Numbered from the stretch's first letter, positions 30,775-41,680 are shown. The stretch: 64,000 nt of DNA from a bacterium (GCA_965202625.1 CBDBBI010000010.1:992001-1056000), one strand, 5' to 3'. Translations and numbers: made by a program. Notes: a model not told the origin generated them from the letters alone.

Positions 30775-32115
30775 TCAAGCGATCCCCCTCATGAGAGCGA
30801 CCGCGACCTCGCATCCTCGGTGAAAGAGCTCTACGTCGATGTTCTCATCGGGAGCATGGGCGTTTGAATCCGCATTGGCGAGGGGGAGCCAAACGGAAGG
30901 AACGCGCAATTCCCTCGTGAACATTTTGTCGGGAACGCTGCCGCCGAAGTTTGGATAGATGACGGGTTCGACACCATAACAACTGACAGCCTCGATCACC
31001 TTTTGAACGTAAGGATCGTCCGCCGGCGTCTTACTGGCGTCAAACGTCGCCATCTTGCGCGCCTCGATATCGTCAAAGCCCTCCGCCTTCAAGAATGAAC
31101 GCAATTGATGGAAAATCTCATCAGGGGACTGATCTACCACCAGGCGAAAATCTAACTTGGCGCGCGCAGTGCCCGGTATGACCGTCTTCATACCATTCCC
31201 AGAATAACCCCCCTGAAATCCGCAAACGTTCAAGTTTGGCTGCGTAAGAGACTTCGCGTAAAAAGCGGAGATATCTGGAATTCGCTCAACCCCGTCTCCG
31301 AGGACGGCGCGAAGTTCCGCCTCCGGGTCGGGGATTCCCGCTAGGGCGTCTCGATCCGCATCGCTAATCGGGAGCACAGCGTCGTAGAATCCAGGTACGC
31401 GCACCCTCCCCTCGCCGTCTCGCAGACATCGCACGGCGTCGATGAGGCGCCAGAATGGATTGAGAACCGGCCCGCCATACATCCCGGAGTGGAGGTCTTT
31501 TCCGGCCCCGCGCGCAACGAGTTCGACATAAAGCAATCCCCTGCAGCCCAAAGAGAGCGTCGGCCTACCAGATGGGTGCAAGGAACCATCCGATGAGCAG
31601 GCGATATCTGCTTTTAGCAGCTCTTTGTTCGATTGGATAAATTTTCGCAAGTTAGGAGACCCCACCTCCTCCTCGCCTTCTATCAGAAACTTAAGGTTGA
31701 TAGGCACCTCGGCACTCGTTCGGTGATAGGCTTCCGCCGCCTTGATCTGGGCGAAGTGCTGGCCTCTATTGTCTCCCGCTCCACGAGCGTACAAACGGCC
31801 ATCGCGCACCTGAGGATCAAATGGTTCAGAACTCCAGCCCTCCGCTATATTGGCCGGCTGAACGTCGTAGTGGCCATAAATCAGCATCGTGGGGGCATCT
31901 GAATGTCCCTTCATCTCTCCATACACGAGGGGAATTCCCTCGGTCGGGAGAATTTGCGCTTTGATACCCGCATCGCTCATCAACGCCGCCAAATGATCCG
32001 CCGCCTCTTGAACGCCTACTCCCAAAGTGCTGATGGCGGGTTTTTTAAGGTATTCGACGAGCTCCGCCAGGTTTTGCTCCCTTCTTGCTCGCAGAAAGTC
32101 AATCACCGCCGACAT
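30775..32115 (-). CDS. M20 family metallopeptidase/deacylase
   Basis: YGHYDVQP, RGAGDNRGQ, EGEEEVGS, DLHSG, AHAPDEN. Confidence 0.92.
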   Translation of the reverse strand: MSAVIDFLRARREQNLAELVEYLKKPAISTLGVGVQEAADHLAALMSDAGIKAQILPTEGIPLVYGEMKGHSDAPTMLIYGHYDVQPANIAEGWSSEPFDPQVRDGRLYARGAGDNRGQHFAQIKAAEAYHRTSAEVPINLKFLIEGEEEVGSPNLRKFIQSNKELLKADIACSSDGSLHPSGRPTLSLGCRGLLYVELVARGAGKDLHSGMYGGPVLNPFWRLIDAVRCLRDGEGRVRVPGFYDAVLPISDADRDALAGIPDPEAELRAVLGDGVERIPDISAFYAKSLTQPNLNVCGFQGGYSGNGMKTVIPGTARAKLDFRLVVDQSPDEIFHQLRSFLKAEGFDDIEARKMATFDASKTPADDPYVQKVIEAVSCYGVEPVIYPNFGGSVPDKMFTRELRVPSVWLPLANADSNAHAPDENIDVELFHRGCEVAVALMRGIA

Positions 32116-32240
32116 TGCGCTCTCCTTCACTAAAGACACAACGCTCCGAGATGTTGCCAAAATAGTTGAGCCAGATTATTCTTATCCTCTGCTTGAGTCG
32201 CTTAGATTTTTCCCTGCCGCCGTGTAAGCAGTGAACTCGC

Positions 32241-33200
32241 ATGATTCGAAAACTTTGTAGCATAACCCGTCCCATTTTCAAGGTCATCCGTGCAAGACGA
32301 CTCATCCTCTTCGTCCTCCCCATGCTCATGGTGACGAGCTGTACCCGACCTCGCACCCTGGGCCTCGCTTCCGCCCCTACTGGAAGGTACCATTATAAGG
32401 AAATTCATGTTGACCTCCCCTCCAGCGTTGAAAACGCATCAATAGCGGGGTATCTAGCGCGCCCTTCTGGAAACGGGAGACATCCTTGTGTCATATTGCT
32501 GCATGGGAAAGGCGGCTGGTGGCAAGCATACTCCCGCTACGCCCGGAAGCTTGCAAGCCACGGATTTTCCGCTTTGATCATCAACTATTACTCGGTGCAC
32601 CAAGTCGACCTTGAGGGACTGATGACGCCTTTTGCCCAGCGAAAGCGGAATTTCGAGCGCCAAAACGAAGACATCAACCGATCCGTGTCCGCCTTTGCGA
32701 GAAGCCCACATTGTGCAAAAGACGAAGTCGCCCTCATCGGATTCTCGCTCGGTGCGGACAAGGCTTTCAGGACGGCCGCGTCGCTTCCAGTAGTGAAAGC
32801 CGTGGTAGCCTACTATGGCCCCTATGATTATGTTTCGCTCATCAAAAGCCGCATCAACCCCGCGGTTCTCGCCCTTGCGACCGGGGATTTACTCCGGTGG
32901 AAAAAATATTTGGAATTCCACAGCCCAACGAACAAAATAAGGAATACGAAAGCTTCCGCTTTGATGTTTCATGGCGTGGCGGATGGGGTGATTCCTGTGC
33001 AGCAGTCATTCACGATGGTCAAAAGATTGCTATCACGGTCATCCGGCTCCACCGAGCTGAAACTCTATGAAGGCACCGGCCACAATTTTGTTCTCAGAAG
33101 AAACACGCGCCTAGAAAAAGAGGATTCTATTCGGCGTGCACTGCTTTTTCTCAAAAACCACCTGTCCCAGCCCCAAGTCCGGGAGCCGTCTAAAACGTGA
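32241..33200 (+). CDS. Dienelactone hydrolase-family (alpha/beta) lipoprotein
   Basis: Lipobox-like VTSC, ILLHG, GFSLG, FHGVADGVIP, GTGHNF. Confidence 0.8.
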   Translation: MIRKLCSITRPIFKVIRARRLILFVLPMLMVTSCTRPRTLGLASAPTGRYHYKEIHVDLPSSVENASIAGYLARPSGNGRHPCVILLHGKGGWWQAYSRYARKLASHGFSALIINYYSVHQVDLEGLMTPFAQRKRNFERQNEDINRSVSAFARSPHCAKDEVALIGFSLGADKAFRTAASLPVVKAVVAYYGPYDYVSLIKSRINPAVLALATGDLLRWKKYLEFHSPTNKIRNTKASALMFHGVADGVIPVQQSFTMVKRLLSRSSGSTELKLYEGTGHNFVLRRNTRLEKEDSIRRALLFLKNHLSQPQVREPSKT

Positions 33201-33273
33201 GGCGTAGACAAAAAACAAGCCCAAGACCTATCCTCTGAAAGCCAAAGCGAAAAACGAGGCGATTAATATACTG

Positions 33274-35499
33274 ATGGATACGACACCGGACGGCAGACAC
33301 GGCAAGAGCGAATCCTGGATTCGAGAATGGGTGGGCTGGAGCAAACTCAACCCCGCCGGAAACGTAGAGGCGGGTGCGTGGGGAACGTGGACGATCACCT
33401 ACCACGTGGGCAGATATGGGGTGGATGACGGCGGAACCATCGTTCTCTCACGCCGCTTCGCCAGCGATTGGGCCAAACCACAAACCACCACGCCAGGCGA
33501 GGCACACTATACGAGCGCGACCACGAGCGGAGGCGCCACTCTCAGAATAAGATGGGACCCTAAATCGAACGTCAGGCCCTGGCAACAGGGCTTGGCTATT
33601 GACGTATTTGACAGCTATCTGGCGGAAGGCGATACGGTGACCATCGTTCTGGGGGATAGAGCCGGCGGCGGCCGGGGAACCCGCGCTCAAACTTTTTGCG
33701 AAAACAATTTTCGTTTTCGGCTCTTTGTCGACTGCTTCGGCTCAAATCGCTTCATCGAAGCGGCCTATACGCCCACCTTCGCCATCCTCCCTGGCAAACC
33801 CGCTCGTCTCGCCATCCATGGCGCAACCGAACAAGCTCCCGACGAGAACTCTTGGATGCAGGTGAAACTTGAGGACCTATGGGGAAATCCCTGCCACGAC
33901 GTCGATGCGAAAGTATCCCTCGTCGCCGAAGAAGGCGTCTGTCGAGGGTTGCCCGAGTCTGTTCAATTCAAGCGCGGCCAGCCCGCGGTGGTTCGCCTGG
34001 AGAATTTACGCTGGAAATCCTCAGCGTGGGGACGCATACGCGGCAACGCGAACTTCGACATTCCTCCTGCGCACAGCCACTACGTTCGCGCGATGGCAAA
34101 AACGCACCGGTGGAAGCAATTCTGGGGCGACCTCCACGGCCAAAGCGAGGAGACGGTAGGCACGAACACGGTAGATGATTACTTCGCGTTCGCCCGCAAC
34201 ATGGCTGGAGCGCAATTCTCCTCTCATCAAGGAAACGATTTTCAGGTGACGAGGCAAACCTGGGACGCGGTTCGAACGGCCACGAAAAAATATAATTCGC
34301 CGGGTCGCTTCGTCACATTTCTAGGGGTCGAATGGTCGGCTGTGACGGGCATGGGCGGGGACAGGAATATTCTGTATCTTGGCAATGACGGACCCTTGCG
34401 CCGAACAAGCCACTGGCAAATAGACGACTGGGACGACCAGAAAAATGACCGATACCCCCTCGACAGGCTCTACGACGCTATGCAGGAACGCAGGGACGTC
34501 ACGCTCATCCCTCATATCGGGGGCCGACGAGCGAGTCTGGACTACCACCACGCGGAGCTTGAGCGCGTCATGGAGATATATTCCTCTTGGGGGCGATTCG
34601 AGTGGTTCGTGGAAGAGGCGCTGGAAAAGGGTTGGCGCGTGGGCATCACAGCGGGCAGCGACGGACACAAGGGACGGCCGGGAGCCAGCTACCCGGGCGC
34701 AGCTATTTTTGGAGTCTACGGCGGCTACACTTGCATCTACGCAGAAAAACTCACGCGAGAGAGCTTGTGGGAGGCGATTCAGTCAAGGCGCGTCTACGGG
34801 ACGACGGGAAAGAAAATTCATCTTTCCTTCTCGACAGAGGATCATTTTATGGGAGAAGAATTCGAATCCCCCAAGCCCCCTGTATTCAAGGTGCGGGCCA
34901 TGGGCGAATGCGGCATAGAATTGATAGAGCTGAAGCGGGCCTCCAAGACCATCTCCTCTTATCGTCCGAAAGATGGCGCCGCCCGAAATTCAGACTGGTT
35001 TCGCGTTTCCTGGAGCGGCGCGCGCATCCATCAGCGCAACCGCCAGACCCACTGGCATGGCGGGCTAAGGGTGGACAAAGGGAGAATCGATGCGCCGAGA
35101 AACTGGCAGATGGACAATTTGGAAGAAGGCATACAATCTGCCGACGAGCGGAGCATCCGGTGGCTGAGCCGTACAACCGGCGATGCGGACGGCGTCGAAT
35201 TTCACCTCTCAGACGAGGCGGGCGCGAGGCTCTTTTTCGAGACCGCCGTCGTTTCTTTTGAAGTGAAATTTGACGTGATCGGCACCGTTCCCTACGTCGT
35301 GGACGCAGGCGGCGTTCGCCAGAAAGTGGAAGTCCAGCGCATCAGCCCAGTTCAGGGCTACCCTGAGGCGAAAATCACTTTTAACGTCGATGAAAGCGAT
35401 TTTCACGATGGCTGGAACCCCTATTTTATCCGCCTTATGCAAGAGGACGGGGCGTTGGCCTGGAGCAGCCCGATTTTCGTGAAAAGAGGGAAAAAATGA
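33274..35499 (+). CDS. DUF3604-like PHP-fold metallohydrolase
   Basis: WGDLHGQSEET, FLGVEWS..GGDRN, IPHIGGR, GSDGHKGRPG, RRVYGTTG, AWSSPIF. Confidence 0.8.
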   Translation: MDTTPDGRHGKSESWIREWVGWSKLNPAGNVEAGAWGTWTITYHVGRYGVDDGGTIVLSRRFASDWAKPQTTTPGEAHYTSATTSGGATLRIRWDPKSNVRPWQQGLAIDVFDSYLAEGDTVTIVLGDRAGGGRGTRAQTFCENNFRFRLFVDCFGSNRFIEAAYTPTFAILPGKPARLAIHGATEQAPDENSWMQVKLEDLWGNPCHDVDAKVSLVAEEGVCRGLPESVQFKRGQPAVVRLENLRWKSSAWGRIRGNANFDIPPAHSHYVRAMAKTHRWKQFWGDLHGQSEETVGTNTVDDYFAFARNMAGAQFSSHQGNDFQVTRQTWDAVRTATKKYNSPGRFVTFLGVEWSAVTGMGGDRNILYLGNDGPLRRTSHWQIDDWDDQKNDRYPLDRLYDAMQERRDVTLIPHIGGRRASLDYHHAELERVMEIYSSWGRFEWFVEEALEKGWRVGITAGSDGHKGRPGASYPGAAIFGVYGGYTCIYAEKLTRESLWEAIQSRRVYGTTGKKIHLSFSTEDHFMGEEFESPKPPVFKVRAMGECGIELIELKRASKTISSYRPKDGAARNSDWFRVSWSGARIHQRNRQTHWHGGLRVDKGRIDAPRNWQMDNLEEGIQSADERSIRWLSRTTGDADGVEFHLSDEAGARLFFETAVVSFEVKFDVIGTVPYVVDAGGVRQKVEVQRISPVQGYPEAKITFNVDESDFHDGWNPYFIRLMQEDGALAWSSPIFVKRGKK

Positions 35500-36221
35500 C
35501 GGCGCACGAACTTCCCGCCTTGGATGAGGATTGGCGTCGTGCGCTCGCAATCGTGGCGCATCCGGACGACATGGAGTTTGGCGCGTCGAGTGCGGTCGCT
35601 AGATGGACGGCGCAAGGCAAGGATGTTTCCTATGTCCTCATGACGAGTGGCGAGGCGGGCATCAATGGCATGTCGCCAGAGGAGGCGGGGCCCGCCAGAG
35701 AGGAGGAAGAATACAAAAGCGCCGCCATAGTCGGCGTCGAAAGTGTAGAGTTCCTAGGCTATACAGATGGGGTGATAGAGTACAATCTGGACCTAAGGCG
35801 CGACCTCGCTCGAAAGATTAGAACCTATCAACCAGACATCCTAATCACCCTGTCCCATCATCTCACCTGGCCGGGCGGCCCCTTGAACATGGCGGATCAT
35901 CGCTGGCTCGCTTATGGCGTGATGGACGCGGGCCGTGACGCAGGCAACCGCTGGATTTTTCCGGAACTCTTGGACGAGGGGTTGGAGCCTTGGACGGGCG
36001 TTCGCGCGGTTTTGCTCAGCGGCTCGCCAAAACCCACACACGCGGTGGACGTCACCGATCACTTGGAGAGAGGAATATCATCCCTCCAAGCCCACAAACT
36101 CTATCTCGACAACCTCGATGGAGGGTTTGACGCTGTAGGCTTCCTCACCCAGGCGGCGGTCGAAACAGGCAAACGCGCTGGCTTTCACTACGCGGCGTCA
36201 TTTGAGACAATTTCTATATGA
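35496..36221 (+). CDS. PIG-L family deacetylase
   Basis: VAHPDDMEFG, TSGEAG, ADH motif. Confidence 0.9.
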   Translation: MTAHELPALDEDWRRALAIVAHPDDMEFGASSAVARWTAQGKDVSYVLMTSGEAGINGMSPEEAGPAREEEEYKSAAIVGVESVEFLGYTDGVIEYNLDLRRDLARKIRTYQPDILITLSHHLTWPGGPLNMADHRWLAYGVMDAGRDAGNRWIFPELLDEGLEPWTGVRAVLLSGSPKPTHAVDVTDHLERGISSLQAHKLYLDNLDGGFDAVGFLTQAAVETGKRAGFHYAASFETISI

Positions 36222-36340
36222 GTTTCAAAAAATTGGATCGAGGACTATATCTTCTAAGCTGAATTGAGTAGTATGGCGATTACGTTTGACGCTCCTTATC
36301 CTGTTGTTTGTTATCATCTTTGACTTTTACGAGGAAATGG

Positions 36341-37285
36341 ATGCTCGGCGAAGCGACCAAAAAAGAATTAAGCGAAAAACATTACAACGCTACCCTTGCG
36401 AACATCGTGTGGCAGCATGAAACGTTGGCGTGTTTTCGGGTAAAACCCGACTTTGATTTTCCCCAATACAAATCAGGTCAATATACGACGCTGGGCCTTG
36501 GCAACTGGGAGCCTCGCCACAAGGACGCCGTCAAGGAAGGAGAACTTGATGAGAAAAAAATAAGGCGATTGGGCAGGCGCGCCTATTCCGTGTCCCATCC
36601 TGTGCTCAACGAGGCGGGCGAACTCTACCCAGCCGAGCATTTGGACTTCTTAGAATTCTACATCGTCATGGTGACTGGCGTGGAAAGCGAACCCGCCCCT
36701 CTTCTCACCCCAAGGCTCTTTCTCTTAAAAGCCGGCGATCGCATTCATATGGGTCAAAAATTCACGGGCGAATATACGCTCGACTGCATGAGCAACATTC
36801 GGGACAACGAGGACTCTTTCGTCATCTTCGCCGCCACAGGAACTGGAGAGGGCCCGCACAACCACATGATTTGGGAGCTTCTTCGCACCGGCTACAAAGG
36901 CCAGATCGCCAGCATCAACGTCGCGCGATACAAGAAAGACCTCGCATATGAGCCCCTCTACCGGAAGCTCGAGAAGAAATACCCAACCCTCTCGTACCAC
37001 ACGCTCACCACGCGCGAAACGGATACCATCCACAACAAGGTATATGTGCAGGATTATCTGGCCTCGGGCGCATTCGAGGAGAACATGAGTCGCAAGATGG
37101 ATACAAAAAACACGCATCTGTTCTTATGCGGCAACCCCGCGATGATCGGCATCCCCAAAGTTCATGAAGGCAACAAGATATGGCCCGAAGGGGCGCCGGG
37201 CGTCATCCAAATCATGGAAGATCGCGGCTTCACGATGGACTACGGCCGGACGAAGGGCAACATTCACTACGAAAAATACTGGTAA
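36341..37285 (+). CDS. fpr: Ferredoxin--NADP(+) reductase (bacterial FPR type)
   Basis: GQYTTLG, RRAYS, LTPRL, ATGTG, LCGNPAMI, C-terminal EKYW. Confidence 0.85.
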   Translation: MLGEATKKELSEKHYNATLANIVWQHETLACFRVKPDFDFPQYKSGQYTTLGLGNWEPRHKDAVKEGELDEKKIRRLGRRAYSVSHPVLNEAGELYPAEHLDFLEFYIVMVTGVESEPAPLLTPRLFLLKAGDRIHMGQKFTGEYTLDCMSNIRDNEDSFVIFAATGTGEGPHNHMIWELLRTGYKGQIASINVARYKKDLAYEPLYRKLEKKYPTLSYHTLTTRETDTIHNKVYVQDYLASGAFEENMSRKMDTKNTHLFLCGNPAMIGIPKVHEGNKIWPEGAPGVIQIMEDRGFTMDYGRTKGNIHYEKYW

Positions 37286-37341
37286 GACCACAAGTTTAGG
37301 CGTCACCTCAGCTCAAACAGACAAAATTCGCAGGAGAGCCG

Positions 37342-38099
37342 ATGCCCACTCTGATTCAGAAAGACAAAGGCGTGTTCTCCACCTTGAAATTCAACCGAAA
37401 AGACGTTCGCAACGCCATCAACGAAGAAATTATGCAGAGTCTCTCCGATACCATCCACACCCTCAAGGCATCGCGCGGGCGATGAGGCGTTCTGCTCGGG
37501 CGGCGACTTGAAATGGCTTCAAACTTTTGAATCCCGTAAGGCGTAAGGACGGCATGTCCATGAGTAGGCGCATGCAGACGATACTGAGACGCCTTTCTTC
37601 ATTGCCGGTACCCGTCATCGCCATTCTGAATGGATACGCCCTCGGCGGCGGCGCTGAAATCGCCATGGCCTGCGATATACGGATCATGGAGGAACACGCC
37701 TATATACGCTTCAAGCAAGCGCGCGTGGGCCTCATGCCGGGTTGGGGAGGCAGAGGGCGGGTCCTCCGTGCGGTCGGCTATGGACGAGCGATCGAATTAT
37801 TGACCACTTGCAAAGACCTCCACCCTGAAGACCCACTGGAAATGGGACTCGCCAACACCGTTGTCCCCAAGGGAGACGGTCTCCGCGTCGCTAAAGCGAT
37901 GGTGGGGGAAATCGCTAAAAGCGCTCCCGGAGCGATTCGCTCTCTGAAGGAATTACTCTTGTTCGGCCTGGAAAATACACAGGAGAAAACAGCGAGTGCA
38001 GAATCATCGCTGCTTGCGGAGCTTTGGACGTCTCAGGATCATGGCGAGACGATAAAAGCATTTTTTGAGAAGCGAAGCCCCGACTTCAAGGGAAGATAA
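37342..38099 (+). pseudogene. Enoyl-CoA hydratase/isomerase, frameshifted twice
   Basis: Three frames: MPTLIQKDK..FNRKDVRNAI (stop at 37485); AGDEAFCSGGDLKW; ..PVIAILNGYALGGGAEIAMACDIR. A 7-bp tandem duplication CGTAAGG lies at 37535-37548. Confidence 0.8.
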
Positions 38100-38104
38100 C
38101 CAGT

Positions 38105-39691
38105 ATGGCAGCCGACTATCGCCAGGTGAAAACGCACGCGGGCCTCCTCGTTCAAAATACATATGGGACTGGGGACGCGCCCCGGGATCATGAACCGGGC
38201 GAGCCGGGCGTTTATCCTTTCACGCGGGGCATCCACCCAGAAATGTACAGAAAGCGTCTATGGACGATGCGTCAGTCCTCGGGCTTTGGAACCGCAGAGG
38301 AGACAAACCGGCGCTATCGCTTCTTGCTTGATGAGGGAAACACCGGGCTTTCTGTCGCACTCGACCTCCCTACGCAGCTCGGACTCGACAGCGACGACGA
38401 AAAATCATCGGGCGAGGTCGGTAAAGTCGGCGTGGCCATCGACTCCCTAGCGGACATGGAGACCATATTCGAGGACATTCCGCTCGACAGGATCAGCTCG
38501 TCTTTCACCATCAATTCAACGGCCGCCATTCTTTATGCCATGTACGTCATCGTTGCAAAGAAACAGGGCGTTTCGCCCTCTCAGCTCACCGGCACGATTC
38601 AGAACGACATTCTGAAAGAATACATCGCTCGCGGAACATGGATATTTCCGCCTGAGCCCTCTTTAAGACTGATTGTCGATACCGTTGAATATGGCGTGAA
38701 AAACACCCCGAAGTTCAACACGATCAGCGCCGCGGGCTCTCACTTCAGAGACGCGGGCGCAACCGCCGTCCAAGAAGGCGGGCTCACCCTAGCCGACGCC
38801 GTCGTTTACGTGGAGAGATGCTTGGAGCGCGGGCTAGACATTGATGAGTTCGCCCCCAGGGTCAGCTTTTATTTTTACACCCACATGGATTTTTTCGAGG
38901 AAATCGCCAAATATCGCGCCATGCGAACGCTGTGGGCCAAAATTATGCGCGAGCGGTTCGGGGCAAAAAACAAGAGGAGCTGGCTGTTCCGCTTCGGCGT
39001 CGCCTGCGGTGGCAGCACTCTTACCGCGCAAGAGCCTGAGAACAACATTGTCAGAGTCACCTACGAGGCGCTGTCCGCCATCTTGGGCGGCGCCCAAACC
39101 ATTTTCACCTGCGCTTATGACGAGGCGCTTGCGCTGCCGACGGAGGAAAGCGCCCTGCTCGCCCTGCGCACCCAGCAAATCATCGCCCACGAAAGTGGCG
39201 CATCCGACGTGGCAGACCCCCTAGGTGGCTCATATTTTTTGGAAAATCTGACCGCTCGCATGGAAGCGGAAATGGTGAAAATTATTGAAGACATCGAAGA
39301 ACGAGGCGGCATGGTCGAGTGCATTCATCGGGGCGTCGTCCAAAGCTGGATAGCCGAGAGCGCCTTCCGCTGTCAGAAAGAGGTGGAAGCACGAGAGCGA
39401 ACGATCGTGGGCGTAAATAAATACGCGCAGGAAGAGCCATCCCCTCAAGAGATATTCACCATCGATCCTGAACTTGAGGAACGCCAAAAGAAAATGGTCG
39501 ATAAAGTGAGAAAAGAACGCGATTCCGCCCAGGTGGAGACGGCCCTCAAGCGTCTTGAATACACCGCCAAAAGCGATGAGAACCTTATGGAGGTAATCTT
39601 TCAGTCCGTGGAAGCCTACGCCACCATCGGGGAGATGACGAATGTGCTCCGTGGCGTTTTCGGAGAATTTCAAGAACCCATGGCTTTCTAA
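38105..39691 (+). CDS. B12-dependent acyl-CoA mutase, large (substrate-binding) subunit, MCM family with atypical active site
   Basis: PGVYPFTRG, WTMRQSSGFG, GLSVALDLPTQ, GTIQNDILKE, DEALALPT, DPLGGSYF; no DxHxxG B12-binding domain. Confidence 0.9.
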   Translation: MAADYRQVKTHAGLLVQNTYGTGDAPRDHEPGEPGVYPFTRGIHPEMYRKRLWTMRQSSGFGTAEETNRRYRFLLDEGNTGLSVALDLPTQLGLDSDDEKSSGEVGKVGVAIDSLADMETIFEDIPLDRISSSFTINSTAAILYAMYVIVAKKQGVSPSQLTGTIQNDILKEYIARGTWIFPPEPSLRLIVDTVEYGVKNTPKFNTISAAGSHFRDAGATAVQEGGLTLADAVVYVERCLERGLDIDEFAPRVSFYFYTHMDFFEEIAKYRAMRTLWAKIMRERFGAKNKRSWLFRFGVACGGSTLTAQEPENNIVRVTYEALSAILGGAQTIFTCAYDEALALPTEESALLALRTQQIIAHESGASDVADPLGGSYFLENLTARMEAEMVKIIEDIEERGGMVECIHRGVVQSWIAESAFRCQKEVEARERTIVGVNKYAQEEPSPQEIFTIDPELEERQKKMVDKVRKERDSAQVETALKRLEYTAKSDENLMEVIFQSVEAYATIGEMTNVLRGVFGEFQEPMAF

Positions 39692-39811
39692 CGAGCCTCT
39701 CTCCCCCGTCCGCTTGCCCAGCCGGGCGAAACGCGAAATAATCCCCCTCGAGAAAAAAACAATATGGACTCAGCATCCCATACGATATGCGCATAGGAGG
39801 TAGGCACAAAA

Positions 39812-41680
39812 ATGTGGACAGACGCCGAAAATGGAAACACCGCGCCAGCCGATTACAGGTATAGAAGCGCGACCGTTGACCTTAGCAGCCGAAACATCAC
39901 GCTCACAGATAAGCACTGTGAGGACTTAGAGGATTTTCTGGGCGGAATCGGCAGGATTTTCAAAATTCTCTCCCACCACGACGTATCCGACCCCTATGTC
40001 CCCTCTGCCCCGCTCGTGATGGAGCTTGGCTGCTTCTCGGGGACGAACCTGATGACGGGATTGAGGACTTTCTTTGGTGGCTACAGCCCTCTCAAAAGCA
40101 CGCGCGCCGGTGCGCCCTCGGCCATGTATTCAGCAGGTTCCGGCAAATTCGGAACCAAGGTGGCCTGCGCGGGTATAGATGAAATCGTCTTTACCGGAAG
40201 AAGCGAGGAGCCCGTGATGCTGTTGATCAAGAGCGATACCCTCGGCGGGCCCGCACACATAGAGATCGTGGACGCATCCTATCTTCTGGGGAAAGATTCG
40301 CATGAGAAAATCATGGCGCTCGCCAGTGAGTATGGCGACGCGCATTTCGCCGTCGTCGGTCCGCCAGGAGAGAATTACAAGACGAATCGGATGGCGTCCA
40401 TCGTCCTGAGCACGGAAAACCAGATCAAAACGGGGGAGTGCAAACCGAGATTTTGTGGGCGCGGCGGCTTCGGTGGCGTGATGGGCTCTAAAAATCTCAT
40501 CGCTATCATCGCGCAAGCACCCGACGACAAAACGGCCGTCACGGAGGTCGTGAAGGCGGCGAACAAGATCATCTCCCGAGGGGCCGGCTCCAAGAACTAC
40601 CGCGATGCCCACAAGGCCGACGGCGGCGGCGGCACGTGGCGAAACATCGCGGGGCTCCATCCTCTGGGCTGCTTGCCGGAGAGAAACTTTTGGGCACCGA
40701 ACAACGATGACGCCGTTCAACTCTACCGGGGCAGTTTTGAAGAGTCCTACGTCATCAAGGACGAATCCTGCTTCAAATGTGGCATCGCGTGCCACAAAAA
40801 CATCTACGATAGGCCCGAAGGCGAAACGGCCGAAGGAAGAAAAGCGAGGAAGGGAAAATTCAGGGTCAAATTCGACTACGAGCCACTCGATCTCATCACA
40901 GCGAACTGCGGCGTCTATGAAGCGGAAGAATCGCTCGATCTAGTCGAACTAGGCGACCGTATGGGCTATGACGCCATCAGCCTGGGCGCCACCATCAGCT
41001 ACGCCATGGAATGGAACGAGCGAAACCCCGACGAACCCGTGCTGGACAACATCCGTTTCGGCGACGCCCGGAAGATGGAGGAGCTAATCCGAAAAGCGGC
41101 GGCCGGAGAGTGTGAGGAGCTGGCGCAGGGCACCATGCGCCTAGCCCAGCAATGCGGAGATCTTTCCTTCGCCATGCAAGGAAAAGGTCTCGAATACCCC
41201 GCCTATCTACCCGAAACCAACCCTGGCTACCCTTGGGCGCTGGCCGGCGGCCACATGAGCATGCGTACGTTCTTACTCCTCATCCTAGACGGCCAGAAAA
41301 CAGACATAGACTATTGGGAAAACGCCATCCTGAACGGCATCTACTATACCAGGGACGACCTCATCGGCACCTGCAAGTTCGCAGGAGCCCCGAATGAAAA
41401 TATCGTCGATAGTTTAAACGACATGTTCGGTCTCTCCTTGACGGAGGAGGGCGTGAACAAGGCGATCAGACGCTCCTACCTACGGGGGCGTTTGCTGGAG
41501 AAGAAAGTAGGCTATACAGATGAGGAATACGACGTGCCCGCCCGCGTGTATGAACGGGTGAATGAAAACGTCAAAATGCCCAGTTTCATCACCCGCGAAT
41601 TCATGGACGAACTGAAGAAACGAACCGAGAAGAATTTGGACAGGCTCACGAAGGAGGAGGACATCGCCCTCCCCGTTTAG
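39812..41680 (+). CDS. Aldehyde:ferredoxin oxidoreductase family (tungstoenzyme)
   Basis: SPLKS, GSGKFG, GRGGFGGVMGSKNL, CFKCGIAC, DRMGYDAIS, KGLEYPAY, GTCKF. Confidence 0.88.
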   Translation: MWTDAENGNTAPADYRYRSATVDLSSRNITLTDKHCEDLEDFLGGIGRIFKILSHHDVSDPYVPSAPLVMELGCFSGTNLMTGLRTFFGGYSPLKSTRAGAPSAMYSAGSGKFGTKVACAGIDEIVFTGRSEEPVMLLIKSDTLGGPAHIEIVDASYLLGKDSHEKIMALASEYGDAHFAVVGPPGENYKTNRMASIVLSTENQIKTGECKPRFCGRGGFGGVMGSKNLIAIIAQAPDDKTAVTEVVKAANKIISRGAGSKNYRDAHKADGGGGTWRNIAGLHPLGCLPERNFWAPNNDDAVQLYRGSFEESYVIKDESCFKCGIACHKNIYDRPEGETAEGRKARKGKFRVKFDYEPLDLITANCGVYEAEESLDLVELGDRMGYDAISLGATISYAMEWNERNPDEPVLDNIRFGDARKMEELIRKAAAGECEELAQGTMRLAQQCGDLSFAMQGKGLEYPAYLPETNPGYPWALAGGHMSMRTFLLLILDGQKTDIDYWENAILNGIYYTRDDLIGTCKFAGAPNENIVDSLNDMFGLSLTEEGVNKAIRRSYLRGRLLEKKVGYTDEEYDVPARVYERVNENVKMPSFITREFMDELKKRTEKNLDRLTKEEDIALPV

